From the human T2T-CHM13v2.0 reference genome, Homo sapiens, in the NCBI RefSeq assembly GCF_009914755.1, contig NC_060939.1: a stretch of DNA of 64,000 nt. The stretch is one strand, 5' to 3'. Numbering within the stretch: position 1 is the first letter of the stretch; every line of letters begins with the position of its first letter. Below the pieces are notes generated by a model, which had not been told where the DNA came from, ran no database searches, and was given only the letters and a program-made list of their open reading frames with translations. Of this stretch, positions 42,830 through 58,600 are shown piece after piece. The position numbers and the translations under genes were made by a program.

Positions 42830-45800
42830 TTGAGTCCATTCCATTCGATGCCATTCCATTTGATTCTATTCCATTAGTCTCCATTCAATTCCATTAATCT
42901 CCATTCCATTCCATTCTACTCCAACTGATTCCATTCCATTCTATTCCTTTCCATTCCATTTCATTCCATTCCATTCCATTTCGTTCCATTCCATTCCATT
43001 CGCTTCCAATCCATTCGTGTCCATTCCACTCCAGTCCATTCCATTCGTGTCCATTCCATTCCAGTCCATTCCATTTGTGTCCACTGCATTCCATTCCACT
43101 CCATTCCATATTATTCCATTACACTCCATTCCATTCTATTACTTTCATTTCCAATCAATTCCATTCCATTTGATTCCATTCCACTCGGTTTCATTCCATT
43201 TGAGTCCACTCCATTCCATTCCATTCCATTCCATTCAGTTCCATTCCATTCTGTTCCATTCCATTCCGTTCCATTGCATTCCATTCCATTCGGTACCATT
43301 CCATATTGTTCCATTCGATTCCATTCGAATCCATTCCATTCCAGTCCATTCCATTCGATTCCATTCCATTCCTTTCAATTCCATTCCATTCCATTCCATT
43401 CCACTTGATTCCACTCCATTCCCTTCCACTGCATTCCATTCGATTCCATTCCATTGCATTGCATTCCATTCCATTGGACTGCATTCCATTCGATTCCATT
43501 CCATTCGAATCAATTACATAGCAATCCATTACATTCGAGTCTATTCTATTCCGTTCCATTCGATTTCGTTCCAATCCATTCGATTCCATTCCATTCGATT
43601 CCATTCCATACTATTGCATTCCATTCGATTACATTATATTCGAATAAGTTCCATTCAAGACCATTTCTTTTGAGTCCATTCTATTTGAGTCCATTCCCTT
43701 TGATTCCATAACATTTGAGTCCATTCAATTCCATTCCTTTCGTTTCCATTCCATTTGATGCCATTCCATTCAATTCTGTTCTACTCGACTCCAATACATT
43801 CAATTCCATTCCATCCGATTCCATTACATTCTTTTCATTTCTTATCCATTTCAAGCCATTCCACTCCATTCCATTCCACTCGTTTCCTTTCCATTCGAGT
43901 CAATTCCTCTCCAGTCCATTCCGTTCAATCCATTCCATTCCAGTCCATTCCATTCGAGTCCGTTCCATTCCAGTCCACTCCATTCGAGTCAATTCCATTC
44001 CATTCGATGTCTTTCCATAACGATCCATTCCATTCTATTCCTTTCGATTCCATTCCATTCTATTTCATTCCATTCGATTCCCTTCCATTGGACTCCTTTC
44101 CATTCGAGTGCATTCCATTCCGTTCCATTTCTTTCCGTTCTGTACGATTCCTACCGTTCGATTTCATTTTGTTCCAGTCCATTCCTTTCGCGTCCATTCC
44201 ATTCCATTTCACTCCATTCGATTCCATTCCACTCGATTCCACTTCGTTCCATTTCATTGCATTCCATTCTATTCAACTCTATTGCCTTCCATTCCATTCC
44301 ATTCGATTACATTCCATGCGATTCCATTCGAAATCGAATCAATTACATTGCAATCCATTACTATTGAGTCCGTTTTATTCCAGTCCACTGCATTCTGGTC
44401 CATTCCATTTGATTCCATTCCATTCTATTCCATTCCATACAGTTGCATTCCATTGGATTCCATGCTATATCTATAAATTCAATTCGAGACCATTGCTTTT
44501 GAGTCCATTCTATATGATTCCATTCCATTCAAGTCCATTACATTTGGTTCAATTCCATTCCATTCCATTCCCTTCCATTCCATTCCAGTTGATATCAATC
44601 CATTCGATTCCATTCCATTCGAGCACATTCCATTCGAGTCCATTCCATTCGATGCCATTCCATTTGATTCTATTCCATTAGTCTCCATTCAATTCCATTA
44701 ATCTCCATTCCATTCCATTCTACTCCAACTGATTCCATTCCATTCTATTCCTTTCCATTCCATTTCATTCCATTCCATTCCATTTCATTCCATTCCATTC
44801 CATTCGTGTCCATTCCACTCCAGTCCATTCCATTCGTGTCCATTCCATTCCAGTCCATTCCATTTGTGTCCACTGCATTCCATTCCACTCCATTCCATAT
44901 TATTCCATTATACTCCATTCCATTCTATTACTTTCATTTCCATTCAATTCCATTCCATTTGATTCCATTCCACTCGGTTTCATTCCATTTGAGTCCACTC
45001 CATTCCATTCCATTCCATTCCATTCCATTCAGTTCCATTCCATTCTGTTCCATTCCATTCCGTTCCATTACATTCCATTCCATTCGGTACCATTCCATAT
45101 TGTTCCATTCGATTCCATTCGAATCCATTCCATTCCAGTCCATTCCATTCGATTCCATTCCATTCATTTCAATTCCATTCCATTCCATTCCATTACATTC
45201 CACTTGATTCCTCTCCATTCCCTTCCACTGCATTCCGTTCGATTCCATTCCATTGCATTGCATTCCATTCCATTGGATTGCATTCCATTCGATTCCATTC
45301 CATTCGAATCAATTACATAGCAATCCATTACATTCGAGTCTATTCTATTCCGTTCCATTCGATTTCGTTCCAATCCATTCGATTCCATTCCATTCGACTC
45401 CATTCCATACTATTGCATTCCATTCTATTACATTATATTCGAATAAGTTCCATTCAAGACCATTTCTTTTGAGTCCATTCTATTTGAGTCCATTCCCTTT
45501 GATTCCATAACATTTGAGTCCATTCAATTCCATTCCTTTCGTTCCCATTCCATTTGATGCCATTCCATTCAATTCTGTTCTACTCGACTCCAATACATTC
45601 AATTCCATTCCATCTGATTCCATTCCATTCTTTTCATTTCTTATCCATTTCAAGCCATTCCACTCCATTCCATTCCACTCGTTTCCTTTCCATTCGAGTC
45701 CATTCCTCTCCAGTCCATTCCGTTCAATCCATTCCATTCCAGTCCATTCCATTCGAGTCCGTTCCATTCCAGTCCACTCCATTCGAGTCAATTCCATCCC

Positions 45801-46480
45801 ATTCGATGTCTTTCCATAACGATCCATTCCATTCTATTCCTTTCGATTCCATTCCATTCTATTTCATTCCATTCGATTCCCTTCCATTGGACTCCTTTCC
45901 ATTCGAGTGCATTCCATTCCGTTCCATTTCTTACCGTTCTGTACGATTCCTACCGTTCGATTTCATTTTGTTCCAGTCCATTCCTTTCGCGACTATTCCA
46001 TTCCATTTCACTCCATTCGATTCCATTCCACTCGATTCCACTTCGTTCCATTTCATTGCATTCCATTCTATTCAACTCTATTGCCTTCCATTCCATTCCA
46101 TTCGATTACATTCCATGCGATTCCATTCGAAATCGAATCAATTACATTGCAATCCATTACTATTGAGTCCATTTTATTCCAGTCCACTGCATTCTGGTCC
46201 ATTCCATTTGATTCCATTCCATTCTATTCCATTCCATACAGTTGCATTCCATTGGATTCCATTCTATATCTATAAATTCAATTCTAGACCATTGCTTTTG
46301 AATCCATTCTATATGATTCCATTCCATTCAAGTCCATTACATTTGGTTCAATTCCATTCCATTCCATTCCCTTCCATTCCATTCCAGTTGATATCAATCC
46401 ATTCGATTCCATTCCATTCGAGCACATTCCATTTGAGTCCATTCCATTCGATGCCATTCCATTTGATTCTATTCCATTAG
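42830..46480 (+). repeat. Dispersed copy of the dimer at about 8800-12450 (offset 34030 bp, 19 units)
   Basis: GAGTCAATTCCTCT occurs only at ~9870 and ~43900. The next unit in both places has ATTATACTCC, CGTTCCCATT, TTCTTACCG and TTTTGAATCC. ORF pairs 9685/43715, 10776/44806 and 11484/45514 are all offset by 34030. Confidence 0.8.
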
Positions 46481-49400
46481 TCTCCATTCAATTCCATTAA
46501 TCTCCATTCCATTCCATTCTACTCCAACTGATTCCATTCCATTCTATTCCTTTCCATTCCATTTCATTCCATTCCATTCCATTTCATTCCATTCCATTCC
46601 ATTTCATTCCATTCCATTCCATTCCATTCCATTCGCTTCCATTCCATTCGTCTCCATTCCATTCCTGTCCATTCCATTTGTGTCCACTGCATTCCATTCC
46701 ACTCCATTCCATATTATTCCATTACACTCCATTCCATTCTATTACTTTCATTTCCATTCAATTCCATTCCATTTGATTCCATTCCACTCGGTTTCATTCC
46801 ATTTGAGTCCACTCCATTCCATTCCATTCCATTCCATTCAGTTCCATTCCATTCTGTTCCATTCCATTCCGTTCCATTGCATTCCATTCCATTCGGTACC
46901 ATTCCATATTGTTCCATTCGATTCCATTCGAATCCATTCCATTCCAGTCCATTCCATTCGATTCCATTCCATTCCTTTCAATTCCATTCCATTCCATTCC
47001 ATTCCACTTGATTCCACTCCATTCCCTTCCACTGCATTCCATTCGATTCCATTCCATTGCATTGAATTCCATTCCATTGGACTGCATTCCATTCGATTCC
47101 ATTCCATTCGAATCAATTACATAGCAATCCATTACATTCAAGTCTATTCTATTCCGTTCCATTCGATTTCGTTCCAATCCATTCGATTCCATTCCATTCG
47201 ATTCCATTCCATACTATTGCATTCCATTCTATTACATTATATTCGAATAAGTTCCATTCAAGACCATTTCTTTTGAGTCCATTCTATTTGAGTCCATTCC
47301 CTTTGATTCCATAACATTTGAGTCCATTCAATTCCATTCCTTTCGTTTCCATTCCATTTGATGCCATTCCATTCAATTCTGTTCTACTCGACTCCAATAC
47401 ATTCAGTTCCATTCCATCCGATTCCATTACATTCTTTTCATTTCTTATCCATTTCAAGCCATTCCACTCCATTCCATTCCACTCGTTTCCTTTCCATTCG
47501 AGTCCATTCCTCTCCAGTCCATTCCGTTCAATCCATTCCATTCCAGTCCATTCCATTCGAGTCCGTTCCATTCCAGTCCATTCCATTCGAGTCAATTCCA
47601 TTCCATTCGATGTCTTTCCATAACGATCCATTCCATTCTATTCCTTTCGATTCCATTCCATTCTATTTCATTCCATTCGATTCCCTTCCATTGGACTCCT
47701 TTCCATTCGAGTGCATTCCATTCCGTTCCATATCTTTCCGTTCTGTACGATTCCTACCGTTCGATTTCATTTTGTTCCAGTCCATTCCTTTCGCGTCCAT
47801 TCCATTCCATTTCACTCCATTCGATTCCATTCCACTCGATTCCACTTCGTTCCATTTCATTGCATTCCATTCTATTCAACTCTATTGCCTTCCATTCCAT
47901 TCCATTCGATTACATTCCATGCGATTCCATTCGAAATCGAATCAATTACATTGCAATCCATTACTATTGAGTCCGTTTTATTCCAGTCCACTGCATTCTG
48001 TTCCATTCCATTTGATTCCATTCCATTCTATTCCATTCCATACTGTTGCATTCCATTGGATTCCATGCTATATCTATAAATTCAATTCGAGACCATTGCT
48101 TTTGAGTCCATTCTATATGATTCCATTCCATTCAAGTCCATTACATTTGGTTCAATTCCATTCCATTCCACTCCCTTCCATTCCATTCCATTTGATATCA
48201 ATCCATTCGATTCCATTACATTCGAGCACATTCCATTCGAGTCCATTCCATTCGAGTCCATTCCATTCGATGCCATTCCATTTGATTCTATTCCATTAGT
48301 CTCCATTCAATTCCATTAATCTCCATTCCATTCCATTCTACTCCAACTGATTCCATTCCATTCTATTCCTTTCCATTCCATTTCATTCCATTCCATTCCA
48401 TTCCATTCCATTCCATTCCATTCCATTCGTGTCCATTCCACTCCAGTCCATTCCATTCGTGTCCATTCCATTCCAGTCCATTCCATTTGTGTCCACTGCA
48501 TTCCATTCCACTCCATTCCATAGTATTCCATTACACTCCATTCCATTCTATCACTTTCATTTCCATTCAATTCCATTCCATTTGATTCCATTCCACTCGG
48601 TTTCATTCCATTTGAGTCCACTCCATTCCATTCCATTGCATTCCATTCAGTTCCATTCCATTCTGTTCCATTCCATTCCGTTCCATTACATTCCATTCCA
48701 TTCGGTACCATTCCATATTTTTCCATTCGATTCCATTCGAATCCATTCCATTCCAGTCCATTCCATTCGATTCCATTCCATTCATTTCAATTCCATTCCA
48801 TTCCATTCCATTACATTCCACTTGATTCCTCTCCATTCCCTTCCACTGCATTCCGTTCGATTCCATTCCATTGCATTGCATTCCATTCCATTGGATTGCA
48901 TTCCATTCGATTCCATTCCATTCGAATCAATTACATAGCAATCCATTACATTCGAGTCTATTCTATTCCGTTCCATTCGATTTCGTTCCAATCCATTCGA
49001 TTCCATTCCATTCGATTCCATTCCATACTATTGCATTCCATTCGATTACATTATATTCGAATAAGTTACATTCAAGACCATTTCTTTTGAGTCCATTCTA
49101 TTTGAGTCCATTCCCTTTGATTCCATAACATTTGAGTCCATTCAATTCCATTCCTTTCGTTTCCATTCCATTTGATGCCATTCCATTCAATTCTGTTCTA
49201 CTCGACTCCAATACACTCAATTCCATTCCATCCGATTCCATTACATTCTTTTCATTTCTTATCCATTTCAAGCCATTCCACTCCATTCCATTCCACTCGT
49301 TTCCTTTCCATTCGAGTCCATTCCTCTCCAGTCCATTCCGTTCAATCCATTCCATTCCAGTCCATTCCATTCGAGTCCGTTCCATTCCAGTCCATTCCAT

Positions 49401-52400
49401 TCGAGTCAATTCCATTCCATTCGATGTCTTTCCATAACGATCCATTCCATTCTATTCCTTTCGATTCCATTCCATTCTATTTCATTCCATTCGATTCCCT
49501 TCCATTGGACTCCTTTCCATTCGAGTGCATTCCATTCCTTTCCATTTCTTTCCGTTCTGTACGATTCCTACCGTTCGATTTCATTTTGTTCCAGTCCATT
49601 CCTTTCGCGTCCATTCCATTCCATTTCACTCCATTCGATTCCATTCCACTCGATTCCACTTCGTTCCATTTCATTGCATTCCATTCTATTCAACTCTATT
49701 GCCTTCCATTCCATTCCATTCGATTACATTCCATGCGATTCCATTCGAAATCGAATCAATTACATTGCAATCCATTACTATTGAGTCCGTTTTATTCCAG
49801 TCGACTGCATTCTGGTCCATTCCATTTGATTCCATTCCATTCTATTCCATTCCATACAGTTGCATTCCATTGGATTCCATGCTATAACTATAAATTCAAT
49901 TCGAGAACATTGCTTTTGAGTCCATTCTATATGATTCCATTCCATTCAAGTCCATTACATTTGGTTCAATTCCATTCCATTCCATTCCCTTCCATTCCAT
50001 TCCATTTGATATCAATCCATTCGATTCCATTCCATTCGAGCACATTCCATTCGAGTCCATTCCATTCGATGCCATTCCATTTGATTCTATTCCATTAGTC
50101 TCCATTCAATTCCATTAATCTCCATTCCATTCCATTCTACTCCAACTGATTCCATTCCATTCTATTCCTTTGCTTTCCATTTCATTCCATTCCATTCCAT
50201 TTCATTCCATTCCATTCCATTCGTGTCCATTCCACTCCAGTCCATTCCATTCGTGTCCATTCCATTCCAGTCCATTCCATTTGTGTCCACTGCATTCCAT
50301 TCCACTCCATTCCATATTATTCCATTACACTCCCTTCCATTCTATTACTTTCATTTCCATTCAATTCCATTCCATTTGATTCCATTCCACTCGGTTTCAT
50401 TCCATTTGAGTCCACTCCATTCCATTCCATTCCATTCCATTCAGTTCCATTCCATTCTGTTCCATTCAATTCCGTTCCATTACATTCCATTCCATTCGGT
50501 ACCATTCCATATTGTTCCATTCGATTCCATTCGAATCCATTCCATTCCAGTCCATTCCATTCGATTCCATTCCATTCATTTCAATTCCATTCCATTCCAT
50601 TCCATTACATTCCACTTGATTCCTCTCCATTCCCTTCCACTGCATTCCGTTCGATTCCATTCCATTGCATTGCATTCCATTCCATTGCATTGCATTCCAT
50701 TCGATTCCATTCCATTCGTATCAATTACATAGCAATCCATTACATTCGAGTCTATTCTATTCCGTTCCATTCGATTTCGTTCCAATCCATTCGATTCCAT
50801 TCCATTCGATTCCATTCCATACTATTGCATTCCATTCGATTACATTATATTCGAATAAGTTCCATTCAAGACCATTTCTTTTGAGTCCATTCTATTTGAG
50901 TCCATTCCCTTTGATTCCATAACATTTGAGTCCATTCAATTCCATTCCTTTCGTTTCCATTCCATTTGATGCCATTCCATTCAATTCTGTTCTACTCGAC
51001 TCCAATACATTCAATTCCATTCCATCCGATTGCATTACATTCTTTTCATTTCTTATCCATTTCAAGCCATTCCACTCCATTCCATTCCACTCGTTTCCTT
51101 TCCATTCGAGTCCATTCCTCTCCAGTCCATTCCGTTCAATCCATTCTATTCCAGTCCATTCCATTCGAGTCCGTTCCATTCCAGTCCATTCCATTCGAGT
51201 CAATTCCATCCCATTCGATGTCTTTCCATAACGATCCATTCCATTCTATTCCTTTCGATTCCATTCCATTCTATTTCATTCCATTCGATTCCCTTCCATT
51301 GGACTCCTTTCCATTCGAGTGCATTCCATTCCGTTCCATTTCTTTCCGTTCTGTACGATTCCTACCGTTCGATTTCATTTTGTTCCAGTCCATTCCTTTC
51401 GCGTCCATTCCATTCCATTTCACTCCATTCGATTCCATTCCACTCGATTCCACTTCGTTCCATTTCATTGCATTCCATTCTATTCAACTCTATTGCCTTC
51501 CATTCCATTCCATTCGATTACATTCCATGCGATTCCATTCGAAATCGAATCAATTACATTGCAATCCATAACTATTGAGTCCATTTTATTCCAGTCCACT
51601 GCATTCTGGTCCATTCCATTTGATTCCATTCCATTCTATTCCATTCCATACAGTTGCATTCCATTGGATTCCATTCTATATCTATAAATTCAATTCGAGA
51701 CCATTGCTTTTGAGTCCATTCTATATGATTCCATTCCATTCAAGTCCATTACATTTGGTTCAATTCCATTCCATTCCATTCCCTTCCATTCCATTCCAGT
51801 TGATATCAATCCATTCGATTCCATTCCATTCGAGCACATTCCATTCGAGTCCATTCCATTCGATGCCATTCCATTTGGTTCTATTCCATTAGTCTCCATT
51901 CAATTCCATTAATCTCCATTCCATTCCATTCTACTCCAACTGATTCCATTCCATTCTATTCCTTTCCATTCCATTTCATTCCATTCCATTCCATTTCATT
52001 CCATTCCATTCCATTCCATTCCATTCGCTTCTGTTCCATTCGTGTCCATTCCATTGCAGTCCATTCCATTTGTGTCCACTGCATTCCATTCCACTCCATT
52101 CCATATTATTCCATTACACTCCATTCCATTCTATTACTTTCATTTCCATTCAATTCCGTTCCATTTGATTCCATTCCACTCGGTTTCATTCCATTTGAGT
52201 CCACTCCATTCCATTCCATTCCATTCCATTCAGTTCCATTCCATTCTGTTCCATTCCATTCCGTTCCATTGCATTCCATTCCATTCGGTACCATTCCATA
52301 TTGTTCCATTCGATTCCATTCGAATCCATTCCATTCCAGTCCATTCCATTCGATTCCATTCCATTCCTTTCAATTCCATTCCATTCCATTCCATTCCACT

Positions 52401-55400
52401 TGATTCCACTCCATTCCCTTCCACTGCATTCCATTCGATTCCATTCCATTGCATTGCATTCCATTCCATTGGACTGCATTCCATTCGATTCCATTCCATT
52501 CGAATCAATTACATAGCAATCCATTACATTCGAGTCTATTCTATTCCGTTCCATTCGATTTCGTTCCAATCCATTCGATTCCATTCCATTCGATTCCATT
52601 CCATACTATTGCATTCCATTCGATTACATTATATTCGAATAAGTTCCATTCAAGACCATTTCTTTTGATTCCATTCTATTTGAGTCCATTCCCTTTGATT
52701 CCATAACATTTGAGTCCATTCAATTCCATTCCTTTCGTTTCCATTCCATTTGATGCCATTCCATTCAATTCTGTTCTACTCGACTCCAATACATTCAATT
52801 CCATTCCATCCGATTCCATTACATTCTTTTCATTTCTTATCCATTTCAAGCCATTCCACTCCATTCCATTCCACTCGTTTCCTTTCCATTCGAGTCCATT
52901 CCTCTCCAGTCCATTCCGTTCAATCCATTCCATTCCAGTCCATTCCATTCGAGTCCGTTCCATTCCAGTCCATTCCATTCGAGTCAATTCCATTCCATTC
53001 GATGTCTTTCCATAACGATCCATTCCATTCTATTCCTTTCGATTCCATTCCATTCTATTTCATTCCATTCGATTCCCTTCCATTGGACTCCTTTCCATTC
53101 GAGTGCATTCCATTCCGTTCCATTTCTTTCCGTTCTGTACGATTCCTACCGTTCGATTTCATTTTGTTCCAGTCCATTCCTTTCGCGTCCATTCCATTCC
53201 ATTTCACTCCATTCGATTCCATTCCACTCGATTCCACTTCGTTCCATTTCATTGCATTCCATTCTATTCAACTCTATTGCCTTCCATTCCATTCCATTCG
53301 ATTACATTCCATGCGATTCCATTCGAAATCGAATCAATTACATTGCAATCCATTACTATTGAGTCCGTTTTATTCCAGTCCACTGCATTCTGGTCCATTC
53401 CATTTGATTCCATTCCATTCTATTCCATTCCATACAGTTGCATTCCATTGGATTCCATGCTATATCTATAAATTCAATTCGAGACCATTGCTTTTGAGTC
53501 CATTCTATATGATTCCATTCCATTCAAGTCCATTACATTTGGTTCAATTCCATTCCATTCCATTCCCTTCCATTCCATTCCATTTGATATCAATCCATTC
53601 GATTCCATTCCATTCGAGCACATTCCATTCGAGTCCATTCCATTCGATGCCATTCCATTTGATTCTATTCCATTAGTCTCCATTCAATTCCATTAATCTC
53701 CATTCCATTCCATTCTACTCCAACTGATTCCATTCCATTCTATTCCTGTCCATTCCATTTCATTCCATTCCATTCCATTCCATTCCATTCGTGTCCATTC
53801 CACTCCAGTCCATTCCATTCGTGTGCATTCCATTCCAGTCCATTCCATTTGTGTCCACTGCATTCCATTCCACTCCATTCCATATTATTCCATTACACTC
53901 CATTCCATTCTATTACTTTCATTTCCATTCAATTCCATTCCATTTGATTCCATTCCACTCGGTTTCATTCCATTTGAGTCCACTCCATTCCATTCCATTC
54001 CATTCCATTCAGTTCCATTCCATTCTGTTCCATTCCATTCCGTTCCATTACATTCCATTCCATTCGGTACCATTCCATATTGTTCCATTCGATTCCATTC
54101 GAATCCATTCCATTCCAGTCCATTCCATTCGATTCCATTCCATTCATTTCAATTCCATTCCATTCCATTCCATTCCATTCCACTTGATTCCTCTCCATTC
54201 CCTTCCACTGCCTTCCGTTCGATTCCATTCCATTGCATTGCATTCCATTCCATTGGATTGCATTCCATTCGATTCCATTCCATTCGAATCAATTACATAG
54301 CAATCCATTACATTCGAGTCTATTCTCTTCCGTTCCATTCGATTTCGTTCCAATCCATTCGATTCCATTCCATTCGATTCCATTCCATACTATTGCATTC
54401 CATTCGATTACATTATATTCGAATAAGTTCCATTCAAGACCATTTCTTTTGAGTCCATTCTATTTGAGTCCATTCCCTTTGATTCCATAACATTTGAGTC
54501 CATTCAATTCCATTCCTTTCGTTTCCATTCCATTTGATGCCATTCCATTCAATTCTGTTCTACTCGACTCCAATACATTCAATTCCATTCCATCCGATTC
54601 CATTACATTCTTTTCATTTCTTATCCATTTCAAGCCATTCCACTCCATTCCATTCCACTCGTTTCCTTTCCATTCGAGTCCATTCCTCTCCAGTCCATTC
54701 CGTTCAATCCATTCCATTCCAGTCCATTCCATTCGAGTCCGTTCCATTCCAGTCCATTCCATTCGAGTCAATTCCATTCCATTCGATGTCTTTCCATAAC
54801 GATCCATTCCATTCTATTCCTTTCGATTCCATTCCATTCTATTTCATTCCATTCGATTCCCTTCCATTGGACTCCTTTCCATTCGAGTGCATTCCATTCC
54901 ATTCCATTTCTTTCCGTTCTGTACGATTCCTACCGTTCGATTTCATTTTGTTCCAGTCCATTCTTTCGCGTCCATTCCATTCCATTTCACTCCATTCGAT
55001 TCCATTCCACTCGATTCCACTTCGTTCCATTTCATTGCATTCCATTCTATTCAACTCTATTGCCTTCCATTCCATTCCATTCGATTACATTCCATGCGAT
55101 TCCATTCGAAATCGAATCAATTACATTGCAATCCATTACTATTGAGTCCGTTTTATTCCAGTCCACTGCATTCTGGTCCATTCCATTTGATTCCATTCCA
55201 TTCTATTCCATTCCATACAGTTGCATTCCATTGGATTCCATGCTATATCTATAAATTCAATTCGAGACCATTGCTTTTGAGTCCATTCTATATGATTCCA
55301 TTCCATTCAAGTCCATTACATTTGGTTCAATTCCATTCCATTCCATTCCCTTCCATTCCATTCCAGTTGATATCAATCCATTCGATTCCATTCCATTCGA

Positions 55401-55624
55401 GCACATTCCATTCGAGTCCATTCCATTCGATGCCATTCCATTTGATTCTATTCCATTAGTCTCCATTCAATTCCATTAATCTCCATTCCATTCCATTCTA
55501 CTCCAACTGATTCCATTCCATTCTATTCCTTTCCATTCCATTTCATTCCATTCCATTCCATTCCATTCCATTCCATTCGTGTCCATTCCACTCCAGTCCA
55601 TTCCATTCGTATCCATTCCATTCC

Positions 55625-58600
55625 AGTCCATTCCATTTGTGTCCACTGCATTCCATTCCACTCCATTCCATATTATTCCATTACACTCCATTCCATTCTA
55701 TTACTTTCATTTCCATTCAATTCCATTCCATTTGATTCCATTCCACTCGGTTTCATTCCATTTGAGTCCACTCCATTCCATTCCATTCCATTCAGTTCCA
55801 TTCCATTCTGTTCCATTCCATTCCGTTCCATTACATTCCATTCCATTCGGTACCATTCCATATTGTTCCATTCGATTCCATTCGAATCCATTCCATTCCA
55901 GTCCATTCCATTCGATTCCATTCCATTCATTTCAATTCCATTCCATTCCATTCCATTACATTCCACTTGATTCCTCTCCATTCCCTTCCACTGCATTCCG
56001 TTCGATTCCATTCCATTGCATTGCATTCCATTCCATTGGATTGCATTCCATTCGATTCCATTCCATTCGAATCAATTACATAGCAATCCATTACATTCGA
56101 GTCTATTCTATTCCGTTCCATTCGATTTCGTTCCAATCCATTCGATTCCATTCCATTCGATTCCATTCCATACTATTGCATTCCATTCGATTACATTATA
56201 TTCGAATAAGTTCCATTCAAGACCATTTCTTTTGAGTCCATTCTATTTGAGTCCATTCCCTTTGATTCCATAACATTTGAGTCCATTCAATTCCATTCCT
56301 TTCGTTTCCATTCCATTTGATGCCATTCCATTCAATTCTGTTCTACTCGACTCCAATACATTCAATTCCATTCCATCCGATTCCATTACATTCTTTTCAT
56401 TTCTTATCCATTTCAAGCCATTCCACTCCATTCCATTCCACTCGTTTCCTTTCCATTCGAGTCCATTACTCTCCAGTCCATTCCGTTCAATCCATTGCAT
56501 TCCAGTCCATTCCATTCGAGTCCGTTCCATTCCAGTCCATTCCATTCGAGTCAATTCCATCCCATTCGATGTCTTTCCATAACGATCCATTCCATTCTAT
56601 TCCTTTCGATTCCATTCCATTCTATTTCATTCCATTCGATTCCCTTCCATTGGACTCCTTTCCATTCGAGTGCATTCCATTCCGTTCCATTTCTTTCCGT
56701 TCTGTACGATTCCTACCGTTCGATTTCATTTTGTTCCAGTCCATTCCTTTCGCGTCCATTCCATTCCATTTCACTCCATTCGATTCCATTCCACTCGATT
56801 CCACTTCGTTCCATTTCATTGCATTCCATTCTATTCAACTCTATTGCCTTCCATTCCATTCCATTCGATTACATTCCATGCGATTCCATTCGAAATCGAA
56901 TCAATTACATTGCAATCCATTACTATTGAGTCCATTTTATTCCAGTCCACTGCATTCTGGTCCATTCCATTTGATTCCATTCCATTCTATTCCATTCCAT
57001 ACAGTTGCATTCCATTGGATTCCATTCTATATCTATAAATTCAATTCGAGACCATTGCTTTTGAGTCCATTCTATATGATTCCATTCCATTCAAGTCCAT
57101 TACATTTGGTTCAATTCCATTCCATTCCATTCCTTTCCATTCCATTCCATTTGATATCAATCCATTCGATTCCATTCCATTCGAGCACATTCCATTCGAG
57201 TCCATTCCATTCGATGCCATTCCATTTGATTCTATTCCATTAGTCTCCATTCAATTCCATTAATCTCCATTCCATTCCATTCTACACCAACTGATTCCAT
57301 TCCATTCTATTCCTTTCCATTCCATTTCATTCCATTCCATTCCATTCCATTCCATTCCATTCGTGTCCATTCCACTCCAGTCCATTCCATTCGTGTCCAT
57401 TCCGTTCCAGTCCATTCCATTTGTGTCCACTGCATTCCATTCCACTCCATTCCATATTATTCCATTACACTCCATTCCATTCTATTACTTTCATTTCCAT
57501 TCAATTCCATTCCATTTGATTCCATTCCACTCGGTTTCATTCCATTTGAGTCCACTCCATTCCATTCCATTCCATTCAGTTCCATTCCATTCTGTTCCAT
57601 TCCATTCCGTTCCATTACATTCCATTCCATTCGGTACCATTCCATATTGTTCCATTCGATTCCATTCGAATCCATTCCATTCCAGTCCATTCCATTCGAT
57701 TCCATTCCATTCATTTCAATTCCATTCCATTCCATTCCATTACATTCCACTTGATTCCTCTCCATTCCCTTCCACTGCATTCCGTTCGATTCCATTCCAT
57801 TGCATTGCATTCCATTCCATTGGATTGCATTCCATTCGATTCCATTCCATTCGAATCAATTACATAGCAATCCATTACATTCGAGTCTATTCTATTCCGT
57901 TCCATTCGATTTCGTTCCAATCCATTCGATTCCATTCCATTCGATTCCATTCCATACTATTGCATTCCATTCGATTACATTATATTCGAATAAGTTCCAT
58001 TCAAGACCATTTCTTTTGAGTCCATTCTATTTGAGTCCATTCCCTTTGATTCCATAACATTTGAGTCCATTCAATTCCATTCCTTTCGTTTCCATTCCAT
58101 TTGATGCCATTCCATTCAATTCTGTTCTACTCGACTCCAATACATTCAATTCCATTCCATCCGATTCCATTACATTCTTTTCATTTCTTATCCATTTCAA
58201 GCCATTCCACTCCATTCCATTCCACTCGTTTCCTTTCCATTCGAGTCCATTACTCTCCAGTCCATTCCGTTCAATCCATTGCATTCCAGTCCATTCCATT
58301 CGAGTCCGTTCCATTCCAGTCCATTCCATTCGAGTCAATTCCATCCCATTCGATGTCTTTCCATAACGATCCATTCCATTCTATTCCTTTCGATTCCATT
58401 CCATTCTATTTCATTCCATTCGATTCCCTTCCATTGGACTCCTTTCCATTCGAGTGCATTCCATTCCGTTCCATTTCTTTCCGTTCTGTACGATTCCTAC
58501 CGTTCGATTTCATTTTGTTCCAGTCCATTCCTTTCGCGTCCATTCCATTCCATTTCACTCCATTCGATTCCATTCCACTCGATTCCACTTCGTTCCATTT

